64,000 nt of DNA, from the NCBI GenBank assembly GCA_031835245.2, contig JAVKOQ020000024.1, positions 124,001 to 188,000 of the forward strand. Reading direction: 5' to 3'. Under the pieces are notes generated by a model. That model had not been told where the DNA came from, searched no databases, and worked only from the letters and a program-made list of their open reading frames with translations. Made by a program: the position numbers and the translations under genes. The DNA comes from Balamuthia mandrillaris (taxonomy: Eukaryota). The first letter of the stretch is position 1, and each line of letters starts with the position of its first letter. This document shows positions 55,453 through 64,000 of this stretch, piece by piece.

Positions 55453-55809
55453 AAGGACTAGCCGAGCCAATGCAACCAAGCCTTAAACTTGGGGTCGAGC
55501 GGGCTCGGAGCATCCGGATCCACCAGCATGACGGTGTACAAAGCAGAGCTTCTTCCTCCCTCGGCTTCAGCAGCAGAAGAAGAAGCAAGGCGGAGGCGAG
55601 GTACCTGCCGCACTTGCTGTGGCCTCAGCTCCGTTCCTGGGCTGAGGGTGAGCTGTCCTTCCTCTCCATCATGAAAGGAAACCTGCACAAACAACTAGGT
55701 TATTTTCCTAGTGGCAGAGGTTGAAAAAAAACAAAAGAACCTTGAGCAGAGAGCGAGGGAGTTCAGAGACAAGGTCCGGCACGATGCGGTGGCTCGTTGC
55801 TTCTTCCAT
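54909..55809 (-). CDS. Phosphatidylethanolamine-binding protein (PEBP/RKIP family), 4 exons
   Basis: YTVMLVDPDAPS, WLHWL(A)VNVP, EYVGAAPGKDSG^KHRYTFLVYEQ and FYAEWD; splicing requires one GC-AG intron. Confidence 0.88.
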
Positions 55810-56070
55810 ACTGTACTATAGGGAGGGTTCCTTCTTTGCCGAAGCGATATTTTCACAATAAATATTGTATCCTTATGAAGAATGTAAATGCAGAGAAAAG
55901 AAAGAAGAGAGAGAGCTTTGTCTCTGACATACAGCAAATGGTTTTGTTTGGCGGAGGAGGCCTTCCTTGCCCCACAGGGTTCGAACCCGTTGCAACCGAA
56001 TGAATGAATATAAACGTTGGTGCAACAACACACCTCGCTCACGTGGGAAAAAAAAAAAAGAGGAAAGGAA

Positions 56071-56410
56071 TGGCCCTTCCCAGAGTCGAACTGGGACCTC
56101 CCACAAGCAAGCCGCACCCCAACTCCTCCGCACTTGTTTGCTTCTCTCTCCCTCCCGCGCATGGCGTTTACAGGCTGCCGTTAACAACAGCCCGAAAATG
56201 ACACAACAGGAAGAGAGGCAAGAAGCAAGCAATTTTGCAAAGAAAGGTCAGCCTTTTTGGATCATTATTGTGTTGCGAAAAGCGCACGCCCAAACCAGGT
56301 TCGGGCGCGCGCCTCTGGGCAATACGATGAGTCCAACAGATATGAATGAGCGACATCCAATATTCCTCATGATCCAATAGGGTGTGATGCCACGCTTACA
56401 CCAAAGGGCC
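56071..56410 (-). ncRNA. tRNA-framed structured RNA, copy A (340 nt; 277-nt insert in place of the anticodon arm)
   Basis: 5' GGCCCTT-TG-GTGTAA..GGCATCAC-ACCC; 3' GGG-AGGT-CCCAG-TTCGACT-CTGGG-AAGGGCC-A; perfect acceptor and T stems; T-run downstream. Confidence 0.7.
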
Positions 56411-56520
56411 GTGCTAACCATTACCACGGTACGGGTGTGTGTGCTCCCTTTGAACCACCGCCAGCCCACCCGAAAAACGAATTATGGGTCTTGCATGGTT
56501 TCTTTCCTGAAAATTGTTGC

Positions 56521-56703
56521 CTTCTCTTCTTCTTGTTCTTCTTCTTCTTCTTCTTCTTGTTCTTCTTCTTCTTCTTCCTGTTCTTCTTGTTCTTCTTCTT
56601 CTTCTTCTTCTCATCTATCAAAGGTGTTGTTCTTGTTCTTCTTGTTCTTCTTCTTCTTCTTCTTCTTCTTCTTCTTCTTCTTCTTCTTCTTCTCATCTAT
56701 CAA
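56521..56703. repeat. (TTC/TTG)n microsatellite spacer between the two tRNA-framed RNAs
   Basis: Two TTC blocks, each ending in CTCATCTATCAAA. Confidence 0.9.
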
Positions 56704-56722
56704 AAAAAAAAAGGCATTGGTT

Positions 56723-57118
56723 TGGCCCTTCCCAGAGTCGAACTGGGACCTCCCCCCCAAGCCACCCACGCCGTTTGTTGGCTCTCTCCTCCTTTGTTCG
56801 GGGCGTGGTATGCCACACAACCAAAGAAAGATACTGCCATGCGGGGTGACCCGTCCGAGTTTGTTTCCTCCCTCTCCCCTTCCAGCCTCTTTGTTTGCTT
56901 TTCATGGCAAGACCAAGGAAGCCGAAGCGAGGGGAGGGCGACCAAACCCGAAAGAATGGTGCCGGAGCGATTGCGCATTTGTTTCTCGTGACCTCCACCC
57001 AACCACTTAAGGCGTGACAGAGGCGACCTTTGCGTCGTTGACAAAGGAAAAAACCGCTACGGCTGCTCCCACCAACATGGGCGTGATACCTTTGTTTTTT
57101 TTTTTACACCAAAGGGCC
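56723..57118 (-). ncRNA. tRNA-framed structured RNA, copy B (396 nt; 324-nt insert, A-rich expanded D-loop)
   Basis: Same 15-nt 5' end and identical 32-nt 3' end as copy A; GGTATCACGCCC D-arm 3' side; T-run downstream. Confidence 0.7.
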
Positions 57119-57237
57119 TTTAGGATGCAACAGAGTGGTGCTGTTTGTTCTGCCCACTTTAAAAAAATGAGAAGCAGTGAAGGACCTGGATTATGGGGAT
57201 AAGTTATTTATCAGTAAGTAATGATGCATAAGAGAAA

Positions 57238-57278
<41 letters not shown>

Positions 57279-57404
57279 AGAAGAGGAATGATGATCACTC
57301 CTTTCTTTCTTTGGCGTTGTTTCTTTCTGGCTGGCTGGCTTGTTGTTCTATCATTTCATTCCTCCCTTTCTTCTGGTTCATTTGCTTCTTTTTTTTTCCT
57401 TCTG

Positions 57405-59020
57405 TTAAAGACGATGAGTTGAAGTATCGTCTTCTCCTTCACTACCTCCACCCTTCTTCTCTTCCTCTTTCTCTTTCTCCTCTTTCGGCAGGCATTCCCT
57501 CACAAACGCCGCCACGTCCTTCAGCTCCTGCAAGCTCAACGAGTGAGCCAATCCTCTATACTTTTTAAAAGTGGCTTTCTTCACTCCGGCAATCGACTGA
57601 ATCGCTTGAAAGGAGAGCTCTGCCCAGGAGAGCCGGATGAGAGGGTCGCTCTCCCCGTGGCACATGAGGAGAGGGGCCAGGCGACCGGCTTCGGTCAGGT
57701 TGGCCAGGAACTCGTCCTTGAGGGCGAGGTAGCCACTGAGGGCGATTACTCCAGCTAATGTGGAGGGAAGAGAGAAGCTGCAAGAAAAATGAGAAGTTAA
57801 AAAAAAGGATTCTAGATGCGGTAATGACGAATGAGAAAGCAGACACAACACAGGAGAAGAACGAAAAACAAAACCAAATCACAACCAAAGGTAAAGAAAC
57901 TAGCAAAAAGAAACAGTAAACAAGGAAGAAGAAAGAATAAAGAAGAACATAAGTGAGGAGAAAGATACCCAGTAAATAGGGATACAGCAGCACCTTGAGA
58001 GAAACCACCGATGATGATGCGATGATGCGGAATGCCATGTTCTTCCACTTCAGCCTTGATGAGTCTTTCCACTGTTTATTCAATGAGATCAGCAAGAGCA
58101 ATGACAATCGAGGAAGAGAAACTACAAATAAAATGGAGAAATAGAAACTGCAAAAGACAACGTGGAGAAGAGAGAGAAAGAGAAAGAGAAAGAGAAAGAG
58201 AAAGAGAAAGAGAAAGAGAAAGAGAAAGAGAAAGAGAAAGAGAAAGAGAAAGAGAAAGAGAAAGAGAAACGACGAAAGAGAAACGACGAAAGAGAAAGAG
58301 AAAAAATAACCAGTGGCTTTGGCGTCATGGATGCCTTCGCACTTTTGCTCTTCTCTGCTGGCTCCAAGGTCGGTGATATCGTACCACGCCGGCATAACGC
58401 TACCAAAGTTAATAGTGACCGGCCTTCTTGGTCTATGTTTTGTTGCCAAACAGGATCATTAACACGGGAGAGAAAGAGCAAGCGAGAGTGAACGGAGGAA
58501 GAACAGAGAGCAGAGAGAGCAGGGACAGAGAGAAAGAGAAAGAGGGAGAAAGGAAGAAATTGAAGAGGGTAGCAAACATACGCAGTTGGAAGGATAAACT
58601 TGATGTGAGGATTTTCGGCGCTCAGCTGTTTCATAGGGTCATACCAACCCATTCCTGTATCTCCCAAACCTAGTGCAGAAATTTTCCAAAAAAAAAAGAT
58701 TTTAATCAACCAGCCAACCCATCAAAACAAAACAAAAAAGAAGCGAAAAGAAAACCGTACGTACCGTGAAGAAAGATCACGGTAGCCGTGTGCGTTTCCG
58801 TGGGTTCGATGACGACCGTTTCCTTATCTCTTCGCGACTGCATGGCTGTTTTCGTAGCTGGCGCAACTGTATTGTTTTCCACCCCGTCGACCGTCGTCGT
58901 TGCTGCTGCTTCGTCGGCAAGTACCCCCACCACCACCAACAACAGGAAGGAGAGTGTTTTGACTGGCTTCGTTCTTCTTGTTTCTTCTCTCTTGTATTTC
59001 AGTTCCTTAGTGTACTTCAT
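57405..59020 (-). CDS. Acyl-protein thioesterase / lysophospholipase (APT1/LYPLA family), multi-exon; start codon uncertain (59020 or about 58843)
   Basis: HTATVIFLHG^LGDTG, IKFILPTA, MPAWYDI, IIGGFSQG, ALSGYL, CHGESDPLI and GLAHS. Confidence 0.9.
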
Positions 59021-59210
59021 GTCGTCACGAAATGTATTTTATTTTTATGACGACAATCTGCTCTCTCTTGTCCATGAAAAAGATTTCTCTTCTCTACTCT
59101 CCCGTCCAGTGAGAACCTGACGTGGCAACGTCGACATAAATACTATCTACCAATAGGAAATGATAAAATAGGCAGAAAAGGAAAAACTCTACATTTGATT
59201 TGGCCTGGGA

Positions 59211-60613
59211 ATGCTGTTCTGCGGCGATGAGCAATGCGGCCCCGCTTTGCCCGCTGAGCTCCATGTCCTGATACTCAGCTTCCTCACGGACGTTCGGGAC
59301 CTCGCTGCGGTGTGTTGCACGTCACGTTTGGCCTACACGGTGGTCACCTCGCAACCTGCTCTCTGGAGCGCCCTGGTGCGACGGCATTACGCAGCCTCGG
59401 GCCTTCGTTGCGTGGAGAGACCTTGGGAAGACGACCCCTTGGGCTCGTGGCACCCTTTCAGTAAGTCCAACGTATCACCCTTTCTTCTTCTTCTTCTTCT
59501 TCTTCGTCTTCTGACAAACACCAAAAAGTTCGTAAAGTTGTGGCCTCGTTTCTCGGTTTTGACGTGGTGGAGCCCTCTCCATGGTGGTCTGCTCCAAAGC
59601 GGACGGCTTGGCTGCTCTCGTCCAAACGGAGGCTCTTGTCTGTTCTCTCCCAACAATTAGCCCAACGAGAAGACGTTGAACAACTGGAGTTGGAGCCGCT
59701 GTTGGACACCGTGCTGGACCCCGAGGCTATCCTTAAGGTCAGCGACATGCAAAACGAATACCAGAGCAATCGAATCTTGGCTCTTTGCCTGGTGGAGATG
59801 GACTACCATGCTCCTCCCCTCATCCCATTTGTTCTTCTCCTGGGTTTGGTACGATACCAACAGCAACTACACCGAGAACTAGCGGAAGTAGATCAACAGG
59901 AGGTCTTTGGACATCATTTCCATCGCTCCTCCTTTCTTGGGCAACTCTGGAGCCAGTGGGCCAAGCGTAGAGCTCGGCACTTTCTTGACGCTGTGGTGAC
60001 GCAAACATGGCAGCAATGTGCGGCGCTTCGGGAAAACCTGGACACGGAGCTGAATTCCCTTGAAACTGACGCCATAAGGTTACGAGAGACCGTTCAGGGT
60101 TGCCTCCATGCAGTTCTTAGAAACTTGGATAAGCTTCCTCGTTGCCTGCTCTTGGTGCTCTTTCACCTTAAGCATCTGGCGAGGAACGACCGACGTAACA
60201 ACCCTGCGGCCTTCTGGTTCTTCTGTCGGCTGGTGGTGCCTAGCCTGATGTTGTCTTTGGACAAGCCCGAGGTGACGGGTGGAGTCTTCCCCACACAGCA
60301 GCAACAACGGACGATGATACTTGTGGCCAAAGTCTTTCAGGTCGCTTTCACCACCAGGAAGATTATTTTTATGGAATATTACTTGAAACATGTCGGAGAA
60401 GACTTGTTGATCAGCATTGGCGCTACGGTGGAGCATGCCATGGCTCCTCTCTTAGGCTTCATAGCAGAACAAGAGCAGCATGTATTGGAGACCTTTGCTT
60501 CAGAGCAAGCCATCAGCGAGGGTGCCAAGGAGGCTTCTGACGAACAAGCTTTGTTGTCTTCTTTTTTGGAAGTGCACCAACGAGGTCTGTTGTCTACATG
60601 CACTGAGAAATAG
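59211..60613 (+). CDS. F-box protein with degenerate RasGAP-like C-terminal domain (2 exons)
   Basis: F-box LPAELHVLILSFLTDVRDLAAVCCTSR; C-terminal FWFFCRLVVPSL and QRTMILVAKVFQ resemble the RasGAP FLR..PAI and R.L.L.AK.LQ motifs. Confidence 0.65.
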
Positions 60614-60817
60614 AAGCAGAAAAGAGTTACGAAATTTATTCCAAAAAGGTAATTGTAACGATAATTTGTCGAGATAATTGGTGTATCAAAAAATATTAAC
60701 CCATATTAATAATTCTCCAAATAATCGATCATTGACAACAGTAATTGGGGTTCATCGGCAAATATCTCCAATTGTCGATAAACTCAACAAAAGAAAAAGA
60801 AAGAGAAAGAAAGAAGA

Positions 60818-61304
60818 ATGGAACCAAGCGCAACCGCCGCGACTCCATCGCAGGAAGCCTCTGCTTCTCCTGTCTTCAAACCCATCAAAACCCACAAGAT
60901 CCCCAACCACCAACCCCCTCCGAAGCGACCCCACCACCAGCACCAGCAACAACCGCCGCTCGATGAGGACGACGACGCCGATCGTTCCTGCTACGTTTGC
61001 CAATTTGCGGTGAGCCCCGCCTTGCCTTCTTCCTCTTCTTCCACCGCGTCCTCCCTCGGCAGCACCGCCACTACACAGGTCTTGGCCGCTGCGGACTCTT
61101 CCTTTGGCATCGGCCTGTTCTCCAGGCAGACGCTGGAGGTCGTGGGGCGGCTGACCGGACATGCGGACGCCGTCTCGCAGCTCGCCTTCTCCGCCAGCAA
61201 TGCCAGCCTGTTGTGGTCCTCCTCCGACGATGGCTCCGTGAGGTGTTGGGACTTGCGCCAACAAGCCGTTGTGCTTGGCACGCAAGGTGCTTATTTTCCT
61301 CTTT

Positions 61305-61343
<39 letters not shown>

Positions 61344-62315
61344 ACTCCTTGCTTTCTCTTCTTTGTTTTGTTAAGTGTTCTCTCTCTCACACTCTCTCCT
61401 TGCTTTCTCTTGATCTTTGTTCCGTTAAGTGTTCTCTCATCTCTCCCTCCCTCCCTCTCTCACGCGCCACTCTGACTGGGTTCTCTTCACAGTTAAAAGT
61501 AGCGTGCATTCCTTCACTCTGGAAAGCAGCAGTGAACACGTGCTGGCAGCTGGTGCAGGCAAGGATATCATGTTCTGGGACCTTCGTAAGGACTTGAGCA
61601 AACCTTTGACCGTGTTTGAGGACTCTCACACTGAAGACATAACTCGGGTAATGTCTATGCTTCCTTCTTTCTCCCTCCCCTCTTCCTTTCTGCTCCGAAG
61701 AGTACCATTCAATTACTTATCGGACTGTAATCATAGTTGCGATTCCACCCGTTCGTTCCTGGAAAGCTGTTCAGTGGATCCATCGATGGACTAGTGTGCT
61801 TGTTTGATGTAAGCCAAAGTATTGTGGAAGAGGATGCTTTGCTTGAAGGTTTTGTTTTCTTCTTCCGTTCTTCTTCCGTTCTTCTTCCGTTCTTCTGTCT
61901 TCTGTCTTCTGTCTACGGTTTGCGGTTTTCGGTTTTCGTTTATTAACATAGATGCAATAGTGTTGCCTGTGAATGAAGCGGTCGCCACATTTGGCTTCTT
62001 TGGAGCCAGAGGCGAGGACTTGTATGTCCTTTCCACCGACCAAACGTTTAGCGCTTGGAACATTGACAAAGTCGATACTCTCCTTTGCTCCGTTTTCTCT
62101 TTCATCCTATTTTCTCACGTTTGTTTTTCTTCCAGTGCGAAGAATTGGTCAAAGTAAAAGATGCAAGAGAAGCTCTCTCAGTGGATTATTACATCGATTG
62201 CTACTACCACGCCCCCACTGAAAAGCTGTTGTTGTTCAGCGGCACCAATGCGTACTCTTTCTTCTTCCTTCTTTATCGCTTTTCTTTTTCTTCTCCTTCT
62301 CGCTTTATTAATTTC

Positions 62316-62353
<38 letters not shown>

Positions 62354-62635
62354 TCTCTCCGCAAAAAAAAGCGGACAAGTATCAATCATTGAGGTGACCA
62401 GTACGGGAATGGTGCCGTTGCAACGGCTGAGCGGAGGACACACTTCCATCGTTCGATGCTTTGATTGGGACGTGCAGGTTTGTGTCTCTTTCCCTTTGGC
62501 CCCTTTTTTTTTTCGTGTTGTCCCCTAGTTTGCTAAAACCTCTTTTCTTTGGTTGTTATATTCACAACGCAGAACCACAACATTGTAACCGGCGGCGAAG
62601 ACTCTTGCATCTCCATGTGGACTCTCTCCTCCTAA
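60818..62635 (+). CDS. WDR89: WD40-repeat protein, WDR89-like, multi-exon
   Basis: GHADAVSQL...SSSDDGSVRCWDLR, DSHTEDITR.RFHP...SGSIDGLVCLFD, GGHTSIVRC and TGGEDSCISMW. Confidence 0.75.
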
Positions 62636-62907
62636 CACACAAAAAAAAGATCATCTCTTTGCGTATTTGATTTTTTACTGGACGTTTGTTTTAAAAAAAA
62701 ACAGTAAGATCACAAGTTCCTTTTGTTATTATGACGTGGTAAATTACGTTTTATGGTATATTTAACGTCATACCTTCTTTTTAAGGTTAAAACATGTGTC
62801 CGATGACGTAACTTGTATCGTTTTTTGTCGACAAACGAAAATTATTTTTCTTTTTCTTTTTTCTTTTTTTTCAGTTTCACCAACAAAAAAAAAAGAGAGA
62901 GAGAAAG

Positions 62908-63445
62908 ATGGAGTCTGCTGCTGCTGCCGCTTTTGATGTGGAGAAGACCAAGGGTTTCATCGAACAGGTGTGGGATGACAGCATCGTCCCCGCTTTGTGC
63001 GAGTACGTCAAGATCCCCAACCAATCCCCTCTCTTTGATCCCCAGTGGGCCACCAATGGTTACATGGACCAAGGTAAACGCCACGCCCACACACACACAC
63101 ACTGCCCTCACAAGCAACAAGCCTCACTTCTTTGTCTTAAAAAAAACTTTTTCGATTACTTTTTTATTTATATCTTATTATTTTATTTATTTTATCTGAT
63201 TCGAACCCCCTTTTTTTTTTGTGTGTGACACTAGCCATCCAACTGGAAGTGGACTGGGTGAAGAAGCAACAAGTGCCTGGCCTCGAAGTGAAGGTAACAC
63301 CCATCTCTGTTCTATGGACGTATTTTTGTTGGAAAGCTGAAATGCTGCTGCTGCTACCGCGCAGGTTATCACCGCCCCTGAGAGGACGCCCGTCATTGTT
63401 CTCACCGTGGAAGCCACCACTGAAAACAAAGAGTATTCCTCTCTT

Positions 63446-63500
<55 letters not shown>

Positions 63501-64000
63501 CTGTATGGTGCACAGGCTGAAGTGTTCTCTGCTCCTTCTCCTCGCTCTTTTCTTCCATGCTTCTCTGCTTCTCTCTTTCTCAGCTTCTCAGTGCTTCTCT
63601 GCTCCTCTCCTTCTCCGCTCTTTCTCTTCTCTTCTATTCTTGTTGCTTGTTTTCTTACGGAAACTCAAACGTTACACAGGGACACGGTGTTGCTTTACGG
63701 CCATTTGGACAAGCAGCCTCCCTTGACGGAAGGCTGGGAGGCAGGCATTGGCCCTTACACCCCTGTCATCAAGGACGGCAAGCTCTACGGCAGAGGCGGA
63801 GCTGATGACGGCTACGTATGTTTGTCTTTGTTGAGTTTAGCTGTGTGTTTCTTGTTTTCTGTGTTGGTGACTCACCCTATCGTTCTTTTTTCAATCTACA
63901 AGTCCATCTTTGCGGCAGTCACCGCCATCAAGGCTCTCAAAGAACAAGGTGAGAAAATCGGTGGAATGCTTTTCTATGTTAGCGTCCAAGTTGCTCATTC
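62908..64000 (+). CDS. M20 family metallopeptidase (runs off the window)
   Basis: LCEYVKIPNQSPLFD, VLLYGHLDKQPP and KLYGRGGADDGY. Confidence 0.9.

Noticed and set aside
56384..57044. Overlapping ORFs of 100-208 aa across the ncRNA locus
   Set aside because: Driven by a stop-free microsatellite and GC-rich hairpins; no protein-like content.
56103..57078. RNase P/MRP, SRP, U3 or telomerase RNA identity for the inserts
   Set aside because: No convincing CR-I/CR-V P4 pseudoknot, SRP helix-8 motif, U3 box set or CCCTAA-type template was visible by eye; an Rfam search is still needed.
56071..57118. Ordinary tRNA genes with canonical introns, or group I introns
   Set aside because: Removing an intron at 37/38 does not give a 5-bp anticodon stem or a shared anticodon in either copy, and I could not find the group I P/Q/R/S core elements.

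Overview
Gene-dense, intron-rich eukaryotic nuclear DNA, probably from a free-living amoeba (Amoebozoa; this is inferred from gene content, short GT-AG introns and sense-strand (CT)n/(TTC)n microsatellites in introns). About 28 protein-coding genes can be reconstructed across introns, including a PDI-like protein, hormone-sensitive lipase, an OCA1-like phosphatase, an ABCB half transporter, kynurenine aminotransferase, HP1, M1/M12B/M20/S9B peptidases, an amino-acid transporter, a DnaJ-X protein, 5'-nucleotidase, RPLP1, a QCR10-like subunit, PEBP, APT1, WDR89 and F-box, ankyrin and LRR proteins. The most unusual signal is non-coding: two tandem minus-strand elements (56071-56410 and 56723-57118). 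Each has a complete tRNA frame (7-bp acceptor stem, D-arm/A-box, T-arm/B-box, downstream T-run), but the anticodon arm is replaced by a 277-nt or 324-nt structured insert. The two inserts differ in sequence yet share a two-domain fold, suggesting a tRNA-scaffolded, tmRNA-sized ncRNA family. Also seen: a recurrent intergenic motif TCATGACGACAYG, orphan B-boxes in promoters, an F-box/degenerate-RasGAP fusion, an ankyrin-LRR fusion with a stand-alone paralog, a GC-AG intron and a 9-bp CAT-periodic tract. All product calls come from motif recognition by eye; no database searches were run. CDS coordinates span introns.
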